IMG/VR virus record: IMGVR_UViG_3300035183_000841
Coordinates: 20,710-84,709 of that record
Reading direction: 5' to 3' (one strand)
DNA: 64,000 nt
Source of the DNA: a virus
Shown piece after piece: positions 9,243-18,189 of this stretch. The notes beneath the pieces are model-generated. The model saw only the letters and a list, made by a program, of their open reading frames with translations, made no database searches and was not told the origin of the DNA. Both the position numbers and the translations under genes were made by a program. Each line of letters begins with the position of its first letter. Within the stretch, counting starts at the first letter, position 1.

Positions 9243-11330
9243 ATGCCGTACCGTAACGTTGCCGAAGCGGAGAAGAAAAATCCAGGCATCCGCGGACTTT
9301 CGCCCAAGGCGAAACGCGCCTGGGTGGCAGCATTCAACTCGGCCAAAGCCGAGGGAAAAGACGACGAGGCAGCCGCGAAGATCGCCTGGTTCGCGGCGAA
9401 GAGGGTTATGACGAAGATACAGGTACAAGATGACAACCTAGCGATAGGTATCCCATTCGAAAAGATCGACATCAAGAACAGGACGGTAGAGGGTTTCGCG
9501 ACCCTAGATAACATCGATTCATCTGGAGAGATAGTTGATTTCGAAGCTTCCCGACAGGCTTTCCGTAACTGGCTCGGCAATATCCGCGAGATGCACGGCC
9601 CGAAAGCCGTTGGGAAGGCACTCCACGTCGAGGAACGCGACCGGGAAGTCGATGGGAAGAAGTACCGTGGCATGTACGTTAAAGCGTATATCTCCAAGGG
9701 CGCCCAAGACACCTGGGAGAAGATCCTCGACGGGACACTGAAAGGGTTCTCGCTCGGCGGTCGTGTGCTCGAGAAGCGGCCGGAGATCATAAAGTCCGAC
9801 AATGATATCTACGCACGCCGCCAGGTCATGCGGATCACGAAATACACCCTCGGTGAGCTATCGGTGGTGGACAATCCGGCGAACCCGCTTGCCCTGTTCG
9901 ACGGGGTAGAGCGCACATCCCTCGTGAAGTTCGCCGATGGGGCCCTGGAGGCGACCGATGTCCTGGCCGATGACGCTCCCATCGAGCGGTTCATCTTCTA
10001 CTGCGATACGTGTGACGTAGCCAAGGTCGTCTCGGACGTTTCCGATGCGGAATGCCCGACGTGCCCGGAAACCATGATCCACGTGGCGACCACGTACGAG
10101 CGGCCCGATGAAGGAGATATCCGCAAGATGGTGGAAGAGTTCAAGGATAAACTGAGCAAACTACAGGAAGAGGCCGTGGATGATACCGGCAAGGTCACGA
10201 AAGCATCCGTCAACTATCGCGTCGCCGACGGCGGATATTCGTGCGCCGGATGTATGCACTACCTCCAGAACCTCGGCAAATGCGAGAAGGTTGAGTACGA
10301 CATATCCGCGAACTACGTCTGCGATCTCTTCGAGAAACGCGCAGAGCCAGAAGAGATCGAGCCTATCGAGGTGTACGGCAACGTCACCCAGAAATCAGAG
10401 ATGACGGAGGAGGTGTCTCCCCTCATGGACGAGGAAGCCGAAGTGATCGAGAAGCGGGAGTTCTCGGATAAGGAACGTAAACGACTCGCTCGACAGGGGC
10501 TGGCGTTGCCGGATGGGAGTTACCCGATCGTTACGGTAGAAGACCTACAGAACGCCATCCGCGCATACGGTCGAGCCAGTGACAAGGAGAGGGTCAAGCG
10601 TTGGATCATCCGAAGGGCTCGTGCTCTGGGCAGGACGGATCTCCTGCCAGACGAGTGGAAGGTGTCCATGTCGAAGTCTGAAGATCCGGACTTGCAAATG
10701 AACTCTACAGATGATACTAATCTAGTTACTATTTTGGATGAGTTCATAAACGAGATAGTGAACAGGATAAACAAATCTGCCCCTCAGGCTGAACGGGGAG
10801 GTGATCTGGAAACGGTGGATAAGGATTCCCTATCTAGGATTCTGGACATCCTCAAGTCCGCCATCGGCAATGTTGAGGACATCCTTACGAAGGCCGGTAT
10901 CACTCGTCTGAATGATGAGGATGCCGCTGAAGTGGACCACGTTGAGGATGTATCGTTGCCCGCTGCGTCTGCCGACGCGGCCCCAGGAAAGGTCGATACG
11001 GACGGCGTTGGGGCAACCCAGGAGACGTTTGCCGAAACTCCTGGAGAGACGAACGTTCTCCCGCATGCCTTCGGCAAGGCCGAGGGTTCTGATGAGGAGA
11101 CGGAGAGTCTCGTGAAGGCGGTCATCACCGAGGAGATCGGCAAACTTGCAGGGAAACTGGACACCGCTTTCGAGGCTATCGAACAGCGTTTCTCTGAGTT
11201 CGCAGAGCGCATGGAGAAGCTTGAGAACAGCGGTGCTGGTAAGAAGTCTAGCGAAGTAAATGTCTCAGAAGAACTGAAGAAGTCCCGCGATTCGTTCTGG
11301 GGTGGAAAGTTCTTCTCGGGGGATATCTAA
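9243..11330 (+). CDS. Prohead maturation protease, multidomain, with C-terminal scaffold region
   Basis: VEGFATLDNID, NIREMH, LKGFSLGG, ELSVVDNPANP; extra modules described under findings. Confidence 0.88.
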   Translation: MPYRNVAEAEKKNPGIRGLSPKAKRAWVAAFNSAKAEGKDDEAAAKIAWFAAKRVMTKIQVQDDNLAIGIPFEKIDIKNRTVEGFATLDNIDSSGEIVDFEASRQAFRNWLGNIREMHGPKAVGKALHVEERDREVDGKKYRGMYVKAYISKGAQDTWEKILDGTLKGFSLGGRVLEKRPEIIKSDNDIYARRQVMRITKYTLGELSVVDNPANPLALFDGVERTSLVKFADGALEATDVLADDAPIERFIFYCDTCDVAKVVSDVSDAECPTCPETMIHVATTYERPDEGDIRKMVEEFKDKLSKLQEEAVDDTGKVTKASVNYRVADGGYSCAGCMHYLQNLGKCEKVEYDISANYVCDLFEKRAEPEEIEPIEVYGNVTQKSEMTEEVSPLMDEEAEVIEKREFSDKERKRLARQGLALPDGSYPIVTVEDLQNAIRAYGRASDKERVKRWIIRRARALGRTDLLPDEWKVSMSKSEDPDLQMNSTDDTNLVTILDEFINEIVNRINKSAPQAERGGDLETVDKDSLSRILDILKSAIGNVEDILTKAGITRLNDEDAAEVDHVEDVSLPAASADAAPGKVDTDGVGATQETFAETPGETNVLPHAFGKAEGSDEETESLVKAVITEEIGKLAGKLDTAFEAIEQRFSEFAERMEKLENSGAGKKSSEVNVSEELKKSRDSFWGGKFFSGDI

Positions 11331-11353
11331 AAAGGAGGTGAATCAGTAAAAAA

Positions 11354-12340
11354 TTGGACACTAGCGAACTGCTTCAGAAGGTAGTCGATACAACGCTAGT
11401 TGGCTCCGGCGGTGGCGGTATCCTCAACCCGGAACAGGCAGACCGATTCATCGACTACATGGTCGACAACGGCGTCCTGACGAAGGAAGCCCGTGTCGTT
11501 CGGATGAACGCTCCGGTGAGGGAGATTGACCGTATCGGACTAGGGACCAGGCTAGCCCGACTCGCAACGGAGAACGTCGATGATGGCGTCAACGCTGCCC
11601 CTACGTTCTCGAAAATCGCTCTCCAGACCGTGAAGATCCGTCTCGACTGGCGACTCACATCTGAATCACTGGAGGACAACATCGAGCGAGATGACCTTGA
11701 GGACCACGTTGCACGGATGATGGCAACCCAGCTCGGCAACGACCTGGAAGACCTGTACATCAACGGAGATGTGGCCAGCTCGAACGCACTGCTCAAGGCA
11801 CTCGATGGGTGGCGGAAGCTGAGCCTCAACAGCGCCCATGTCGTCGGCAACCCGTCTCAGAGCGGCACGTACAAGCTCTCTAAGGAGACCTTCAACGCTG
11901 CTCTCAAGGCGATGCCGAACAAGTACATGCAGCGCAGGGCTGACCTACGGTGGTACACCGGGTCCGGGGTCCTTCAGGACTTCCTGAACGGGCTGACCGA
12001 CCGGTCGACACCTCTCGGTGACGCCGTAATCTTCGGCACTCCCGGCGGGACCCAGGGTGGCGGCCTAACTTCGATTCGCCCCTTCGGAATCCCCCTCGTG
12101 GAGGTCCCTCTGTTCGACTCAACGCTGAGCGGCACCTACTCCGGTGCTTCGGGGAACCACAGTTACGTAGAGCTGACCTTCCCGCAGAACCGTATCGTGG
12201 GCATCCAGCGCGAGATCAAGGTCTACCGCGAGTTCATGCGGCGCACCGATGCCGTCGAGTTCACCGTCTACACCCGTGTAGCGGTGGCGACGGAAAATCT
12301 CGACGCCCTCGTGTACGTCAAGGATGTCAAGCTCCAGTAA
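11354..12340 (+). CDS. Major capsid protein (HK97 fold)
   Basis: GGILNPEQADRFID, LEDNIE, DLEDLYINGD; strong AGGAGGTG SD; followed by a terminator. Confidence 0.9.
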   Translation: MDTSELLQKVVDTTLVGSGGGGILNPEQADRFIDYMVDNGVLTKEARVVRMNAPVREIDRIGLGTRLARLATENVDDGVNAAPTFSKIALQTVKIRLDWRLTSESLEDNIERDDLEDHVARMMATQLGNDLEDLYINGDVASSNALLKALDGWRKLSLNSAHVVGNPSQSGTYKLSKETFNAALKAMPNKYMQRRADLRWYTGSGVLQDFLNGLTDRSTPLGDAVIFGTPGGTQGGGLTSIRPFGIPLVEVPLFDSTLSGTYSGASGNHSYVELTFPQNRIVGIQREIKVYREFMRRTDAVEFTVYTRVAVATENLDALVYVKDVKLQ

Positions 12341-12383
12341 CCGAACCGGGATAGCCTAGAGGCTAGATAAAAACAGCAAAGGT

Positions 12384-12420
12384 AAGTACGGCGGCAAGTC
12401 AGATCTTGTCGCCGTACTTT
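12384..12420 (+). terminator. Intrinsic terminator after capsid gene
   Basis: AAGTACGGCGGCAAG / CTTGTCGCCGTACTT stem followed by TTT. Confidence 0.75.
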
Positions 12421-12439
12421 CATCTAGCTGGCGCGACCA

Positions 12440-12448
12440 TGCTATACT
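12440..12448 (+). promoter_or_regulatory. Extended -10 promoter
   Basis: TG-C-TATACT, about 7 nt before a long hairpin. Confidence 0.5.
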
Positions 12449-12539
12449 GACCATGCAAGAGGGAACCCTCTCGCTCCTGCGTTGCGGGGGCGACTGGCCG
12501 GAGAAGGGGTTCCCTCTTGCTCATTTCTGGAGGTACACC

Positions 12540-13016
12540 ATGCGAGAAGACCTGGAGAAGCGGCTGCTCGGGATTAAGCCACGGTTCTTCGCTGGCATCG
12601 ACTACCCGAAGTCATCCCTCATGGTGTTCGGGTTCGAATGCGGGGACGGGTGGTTCCATCTTATAGAGGAACTGCTCCTTGCCGCGAAACAACGAGTCGA
12701 AGCCGGCGGATGGGGGTCATTCAGGGTCGTCCAGGTTAAAGAGAAGTTCGGTGGGCTGAGGTTCTACTACGAGGGCGGCGATGAGCATTTCGCCGGTATG
12801 GTGGAGATGGCGGAAAGGTTGAGCTTCCGTATATGTGAGGCATGCGGAGCGTGGGCTACTGAGACGAGGATAGCTCGTGACCCCGAAACAGGAGAACCTA
12901 GAGGTTATTGGGTCGCAACGCTGTGTGCCGAACACCACCGAATGAGGGATTCCGGGCTCAAGAGAGGAGAGGTGCCCAGCTCGGCCGCTCCAGCGTTCGA
13001 ACAGGGGAACGATTAA
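12540..13016 (+). CDS. Conserved phage hypothetical protein (QVKEKFGGLRFY type)
   Basis: GGAGG SD, ATG at 12540; GFECGDGW, QVKEKFGGLRFYY, CEACG, LCAEH. Confidence 0.75.
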   Translation: MREDLEKRLLGIKPRFFAGIDYPKSSLMVFGFECGDGWFHLIEELLLAAKQRVEAGGWGSFRVVQVKEKFGGLRFYYEGGDEHFAGMVEMAERLSFRICEACGAWATETRIARDPETGEPRGYWVATLCAEHHRMRDSGLKRGEVPSSAAPAFEQGND

Positions 13017-13125
13017 GTCGTAGGCTCCTTGATATACTGGCCGCGCCTTCCGAATGGAAGAGCCCCTCTCCCTGGGGGCGGGATGGTATCGTGGCCCGTC
13101 ATCCCGCCCCCTCCTCCTCAGAGGG

Positions 13126-13155
13126 TTGCAATAAGTATGTAAGTGGTGCTAAAAT
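13126..13155 (+). promoter_or_regulatory. Sigma70-type promoter
   Basis: TTGCAA-18 nt-TAAAAT with extended TG. Confidence 0.6.
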
Positions 13156-13265
13156 GAATATGCAATGGGGCGTCTTTATGGGGCCTTTGGTGCGGTTGTC
13201 GTCCCCGAACGCCTCTGCCGTGTCGGAGGCCCCATATGGACGCCCCAAGTTAAGACAGGAGGGCT

Positions 13266-13577
13266 ATGGAAATCTTCGAAGTGCCGGAAGGCAGTTGGTA
13301 TGATGAATCTAGTTTCACCGTCTCCAGCGATGGGGCGGTGTTCGTGTGGGGCAATAACCGTGTCCTTGGTTACGCCCCCCTCATCTCTGCCATAGATTCA
13401 GAGGAATACATCGAATCACTGGAGCAGTCGAAAATCCAGTACCGTTCCGATCTCAAGCCGATGATGTGGATCGACCTTACTGGCAAGACTTGCTCGATAT
13501 GCGACGCACCTGCGGCGAGTTTCATCCGGTTCGATGACGGAGATTACGAGTACTTCTGCGAACGTTGCTCGTGCTAA
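13266..13577 (+). CDS. Hypothetical Zn-finger protein
   Basis: AGGAGG SD; CSIC and CERC pairs. Confidence 0.65.
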   Translation: MEIFEVPEGSWYDESSFTVSSDGAVFVWGNNRVLGYAPLISAIDSEEYIESLEQSKIQYRSDLKPMMWIDLTGKTCSICDAPAASFIRFDDGDYEYFCERCSC

Positions 13578-13590
13578 GGAGGGAGTGGGC

Positions 13591-13986
13591 ATGGCGAAAG
13601 ACGCTGTAACCAGCGAAGATGTTCGTCCCCGGAGGGGCGATGCTGAGAAAGTCCTTGGAGGCCCCCCACCAGAAGAGGATGCCGATGTGGCTGGGACCAA
13701 CGTCGGCGCTGACACCGTAGAGGCCATCCAGGAGATGGCGAAGAAGGAAGAACAAAAGCTCCGTCAAGAGCAGACCAGGAAAGTTCTCGAAGAAGCTGCG
13801 CTACCTGGTCGCGTCTTGCTGAAGATGGAGCGCAAGAACTCTTCCTGGACCACCCGTTCCGGCGTGATCTTCACCCAGGAACACCCCTTCCAGCTCGTCC
13901 CCGAAGAAGAGGTCGAGGAGTTGGTGCGCGAAGGTGGTTTCCGCAGGGCAGATCCCCAAGAGGTCGTCTACTTCTACGCGTCATAA
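13591..13986 (+). CDS. Hypothetical protein (possibly virion-associated)
   Basis: GGAGGGAG SD, ATG at 13591; codon style matches the head genes. Confidence 0.65.
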   Translation: MAKDAVTSEDVRPRRGDAEKVLGGPPPEEDADVAGTNVGADTVEAIQEMAKKEEQKLRQEQTRKVLEEAALPGRVLLKMERKNSSWTTRSGVIFTQEHPFQLVPEEEVEELVREGGFRRADPQEVVYFYAS

Positions 13987-14005
13987 GCACAGAAAGTCCA
14001 TAGCC

Positions 14006-15118
14006 TTGAACATCGAGCAGAACATCAACGGGCATATAGTTCATACCGTTACGAGCTATGATGAATACCTCCTGGAGGGAATCGTCCAGAAGTACGGTTT
14101 GAATCATCGGGTCCTCAGGGCGAAACATTCCGACTTCGGGATAGAGGAGATAGCCGCTCTTCTGCCTGGCTATTCGAAGGTCCTCAGCGTGAAGACCGAT
14201 ACCGAACACGCTATCTTCCTCCACAAGAACAACGAAGAGTTAGTGAACGTCTACATCACGCCATCTCGGATGGTGAACCTCGTCGTCTGCGCCGTAGATA
14301 GTCGCGCAGAAGACATCATGAACCGTCTCTTGGGGCACCTACCGAGCCCGGTGGTCGGCGATGATAGCGTCCTCGTGAGGTTCTGGCATCTAGGGAGGTA
14401 CGCGGAATCCTACGACAGACGGATCGAGGTCCCGTCATTCGACTCGATAGTGCATAATTATGCGAAGTCTACGACTAGGCCAGCGCTGGAAGCACTTTTC
14501 AAGCGCTTCCTCCCAGATGCGGCGCAAGGGGGCAAACTCATCTTGTGGCACGGCGATCCTGGCACAGGGAAGACATATGCCCTGAGAGCGCTCGCCAGGG
14601 AATGGCGGGATTGGTGTAGGTTTCACTATATCCTTGACCCGGAGAACTTCTTCGGGTCAAACGCCTCCTACATGCTCGAAGTCCTCTTGCAGGAACATTT
14701 CGAAGACGACCTGTGGAAACTCGTGGTTTGCGAAGATACCGGCGAGCTCCTTTCCAGGACCGCTAAGGCCGAAACTGGTCAAGGGTTGTCGAGGCTCCTG
14801 AACCTCTGTGATGGGCTCATCGGGCAGGGCTTGAAGATCCTCATCCTGATTACTACCAATGAAGATCTGGGGCGCCTCCATCCAGCGGTGACGAGGCCGG
14901 GCAGATGCGTGGCCGATATCACGTTCCAGCCGTTCCAAGACAGTGAGGCTGCGGAGTGGTTGGAGGCGCATGGCGTTCCTCATGACGGCCATCGCCCCAG
15001 ACTTCTTGCTGAACTTTATGATATTATAAACAAGCAACAAATCAGAGATGACACCCCGGTGAAGCCTGTAGGGTTCGCACCGATAGACCTCACCGAGATG
15101 GTTATGGAGAAACGATGA
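14006..15118 (+). CDS. AAA+ ATPase
   Basis: Walker A GDPGTGKT, Walker B VVCED, LLNLCDG, TTN sensor, RPGR arginine finger. Confidence 0.88.
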   Translation: MNIEQNINGHIVHTVTSYDEYLLEGIVQKYGLNHRVLRAKHSDFGIEEIAALLPGYSKVLSVKTDTEHAIFLHKNNEELVNVYITPSRMVNLVVCAVDSRAEDIMNRLLGHLPSPVVGDDSVLVRFWHLGRYAESYDRRIEVPSFDSIVHNYAKSTTRPALEALFKRFLPDAAQGGKLILWHGDPGTGKTYALRALAREWRDWCRFHYILDPENFFGSNASYMLEVLLQEHFEDDLWKLVVCEDTGELLSRTAKAETGQGLSRLLNLCDGLIGQGLKILILITTNEDLGRLHPAVTRPGRCVADITFQPFQDSEAAEWLEAHGVPHDGHRPRLLAELYDIINKQQIRDDTPVKPVGFAPIDLTEMVMEKR

Positions 15119-15225
15119 ATATCGGAGAATTCGAAAGGGAGATCTGGGTGCCTGAACCAGAAGATGTTCCAATGCTTATCCCAGACAAGGAAGACGAACG
15201 AGAGAAAGAACCAGTTCCTGTATGA
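15115..15225 (+). CDS. 36-aa acidic Pro/Glu-rich peptide
   Basis: ATGA-coupled to the ATPase: MNIGEFEREIWVPEPEDVPMLIPDKEDEREKEPVPV. Confidence 0.6.
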   Translation: MNIGEFEREIWVPEPEDVPMLIPDKEDEREKEPVPV

Positions 15226-15344
15226 GGAGAAAGAAGAATCAAGACCCTCGAGAGTTAGAGAAGAGGGTCAGTGACCTCATCGAAAGAGTGAAGGCGATAA
15301 GAGAATCAGTGAAGGAGTTGATTGAACTTGTCAGCGGTAGATGA
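15222..15344 (+). CDS. 40-aa coiled-coil peptide
   Basis: ATGA-coupled; LEKRVSDLIERVKAIRESVKEL heptads. Confidence 0.5.
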   Translation: MRRKKNQDPRELEKRVSDLIERVKAIRESVKELIELVSGR

Positions 15345-16027
15345 GATAAAGCCCTGTGACAGATGCGGCGGTAAAGATTTCCCAGTATATCCTTGTCTCT
15401 GCGGCAAAGAGTTTTGCGCTTGGTGTGATTTCAGGCATTCCGATTGGTGTTTGATCCTGCATGACCGCTAGCTATGTTGGATATAGCACTTATCGTACTC
15501 TTACTGCTGGTTGTGCTATGGCTCGGGTGCCTAGGCTGTGATGGACAGTGAAGATCTACCTAAGTGGTGATACTAGAGATTCGATATTGAGATGCGAATG
15601 GTGTGGTCGCGAACTTGACCATATCCCCCCGATGGAAGCTCCTGAAACCATCTGTGGTCCATGTATGGCGAGACTAAGATTTACCCGTAACATAGGTGAG
15701 CCTAGGGATGAGAGGAATCGGTAATCTGGTGATTACTTACATACTTACCGTCATCATATTCACGACGCTCGCATGGGTCTTCTTCAACCTTCTGGAGCGA
15801 TTCGCTCGATGGTGGGATGCCAGGAAGGATGACATCCCTAGGACCGATGATTAGTCCCGTTTCACCAAACTACAAACCAAACTACAACTGGTACATGATA
15901 GCCAGTGTTAGTCTTATGATAAGACTATGTTGTGACTCGTTGCATCAAGAGCGGGCCATGAGCATCTCGCACAAATCGATGTTGAGTTGTGGGCCAACAT
16001 GGCATAAAATGGTAAGGATATTTAAAT

Positions 16028-16321
16028 ATGACACACGCATCGCCATGTCAAATCCATCGTTACCATAGTCCGCACGTCGTCGATACCGATGTGCATCATA
16101 TCGTGCCTCTTTCCTGGGGTGGTCCCAACATCCCTTCTAACAAAGTTTCCATCTGCCCGACCGGGCACCGCAACGTGCATGAACTTCTACGTGAATACGC
16201 TGAGTTTGGTGGAACTCCGCCGTGGGAGATTAGATGTCGGTTCTCGGTGGCAGAGAGAGAACTCGCCCAGCGAGGATGGGATGGATACATAAAACTGGAA
16301 AATGAAATCTTGGCGCATTAA
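16028..16321 (+). CDS. HNH endonuclease
   Basis: DVHHIVPLSWGGPNIPSNKVSICPTGHRNVH. Confidence 0.82.
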   Translation: MTHASPCQIHRYHSPHVVDTDVHHIVPLSWGGPNIPSNKVSICPTGHRNVHELLREYAEFGGTPPWEIRCRFSVAERELAQRGWDGYIKLENEILAH

Positions 16322-16330
16322 TCTGATTGC

Positions 16331-17224
16331 GTGCAGATATACTACCAGTCAACTTCTTTCTTAAGATTTACTATCATCGTAGATTCACAGCCCGCCGATG
16401 CAGACATCATCGCTGGGCAGTACCAGGTTTTCGCCACCGTTAAGAAAATCCCTGATGGCACCATCATCATCAGCGATGAGGCGACCGATCGTGAGTCGCT
16501 CGGTGTGTACCTGTTAACGCTCCCGCCGTCGAAGACATCGACGCTCGGGCGTTACCAGGTGACCTGGACGTATACCGTCTCCGGAGTCACGAACACGAGG
16601 ACGACATTCTACGAGGTCGTCGTCGCTCATGTGACCGCATCGGAGATACGCTCTGAGGTTCCTGAGCTTGCGAACAAGACCGACGACGAAATCTACCGGA
16701 AGGAACGACTGGCCAGGCAGATAATCGAGACGTACTGCAACCAGCGATTCACTTTCGAACTCGGGAAGACCTACAAGGTGCTCGGTACCGGCAGGAACAC
16801 GCTCCTGCTTCCGAACCGGATCTTCACACTCACCAGCGTGAAGGCCGGCGCAGATACGGTTGAGGATATCACGGCATACGTCGAGATACATGACGACTAC
16901 CACCTAAGGTGGGCACAAGCCCCCTGGGGGGTAGATCTTGCAAGGGAGTTCTTCGATACCTATCTGTTCAAGAAGAATGAGGTATACCGGGTTACCGGTG
17001 ATTGGGGGTGGCAGTACGTCCCCGAAGAGGTGAAGTTGGCCACGATATATCTAATCAAAGACTATTTCACCGACGATTACGTCCTCAGGCAACATGGGAT
17101 CATAAGTGCGAACATAGGAGATGAGTCTTACCGGTTCGCCGACGAGTTGTGGCCGAGCACGGGGAACGTTGATGTAGATGCGCTCCTGTCGAACTACGTC
17201 AGACCTCGCGTAGAGGTGATCTAG
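16331..17224 (+). CDS. Head-tail adaptor/connector with N-terminal Ig-like domain
   Basis: ARQIIETYCNQ, VTGDWGWQYVPEEVKLA, STGNVDVDALL; position. Confidence 0.72.
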   Translation: MQIYYQSTSFLRFTIIVDSQPADADIIAGQYQVFATVKKIPDGTIIISDEATDRESLGVYLLTLPPSKTSTLGRYQVTWTYTVSGVTNTRTTFYEVVVAHVTASEIRSEVPELANKTDDEIYRKERLARQIIETYCNQRFTFELGKTYKVLGTGRNTLLLPNRIFTLTSVKAGADTVEDITAYVEIHDDYHLRWAQAPWGVDLAREFFDTYLFKKNEVYRVTGDWGWQYVPEEVKLATIYLIKDYFTDDYVLRQHGIISANIGDESYRFADELWPSTGNVDVDALLSNYVRPRVEVI

Positions 17225-17575
17225 TTGAGGTCCTATACGCCGTACCCATTCCTCATCGATGTCTACAAGAAGACCATCGACTACGACGATTCCGGACAGA
17301 GCGTAGAGGTCTGGACGCTCGACAGGACGGTGAAGGTCAACTACATGCCGGCCCGAGGCGAGGAACGTCTCGTCGGGAGAGTGCAGAACCCACACAGCTA
17401 CACGATATGGACTGAAGATACCGATGTCTCGGTGACCGATCAGCTCCGGAATCTCCGCGATGCGGGTGGGAATCTCGTCGAGGAAGGGGCGCTGAATGTG
17501 ATCTCGGTCAAGAAGTTCCCGAGGCTCGGCAAGGTCAGACATTGCGAAATCAACGCACAGGTGATACTTGACTGA
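17225..17575 (+). CDS. Head closure/stopper protein (putative)
   Basis: Size, position, DDSGQSVEVW motif. Confidence 0.6.
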   Translation: MRSYTPYPFLIDVYKKTIDYDDSGQSVEVWTLDRTVKVNYMPARGEERLVGRVQNPHSYTIWTEDTDVSVTDQLRNLRDAGGNLVEEGALNVISVKKFPRLGKVRHCEINAQVILD

Positions 17576-18189
17576 TGGCGAACTTCATCATCAACAAGAG
17601 AACCAATGAAATCCTATACCGGGCGACCACCGGCCCCTTCAAGGGGACTTACGTCCGTATCAAGAATGCCGACATCCTGGGTAAAATCGCCAAAGCGAGC
17701 AACCTCACCACGAGGTATCTGGCCAGAGATGCCGCCAACGCTGCGTTCGATCTCTACGATTCGTGGTCACGTAGGATGCCGGAACCGGTGAAGGGTAAGT
17801 TCGTCATAGACGTTTCCCCTAGTTCAGACCAAAGATACCTCGTTCAAGCCACCGTCCTTCAAGAACCAGGTGAGAGACGACCGAAGAGTAGGGCCACCGT
17901 CTTCGTGGACAAATCCGGCAGGGTGATGCGCGGTAGGAGATACCGCAATCTACGCGAAGCTCCTTCGATCAGTCTTTACGTGGCTCGTGAACTGCACATC
18001 GCACTCGAGGCGGCGATGGTTGAGGTGCAAGAGGCATCCAGAGAGCGTGTGCAGAGAACGATCAGAGAAGCCATGCAAGAGTTCGGTGTTAAGATGGGTG
18101 GCAGAATCCGTGCCCCCATAGGCGGGATCGAATTCGGCGGGAAATACTATAAGGGAGGACAATACCTACCCGTCAAACAATGGCGATAG
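17575..18189 (+). CDS. Neck/tail completion protein (putative)
   Basis: Position in the head-tail cluster; basic protein. Confidence 0.5.
   Translation: MANFIINKRTNEILYRATTGPFKGTYVRIKNADILGKIAKASNLTTRYLARDAANAAFDLYDSWSRRMPEPVKGKFVIDVSPSSDQRYLVQATVLQEPGERRPKSRATVFVDKSGRVMRGRRYRNLREAPSISLYVARELHIALEAAMVEVQEASRERVQRTIREAMQEFGVKMGGRIRAPIGGIEFGGKYYKGGQYLPVKQWR

Noticed and set aside
8633-9802. Long antisense ORFs (also 2681-3586, 4777-5565, 30913-31845, 60375-61631)
   Set aside because: Shadow frames opposite well-supported genes, with no motifs
15817-16068. ORFs in the 15.8-16.0 kb gap
   Set aside because: No motif or convincing SD on either strand; only a short CAAACTACAA duplication
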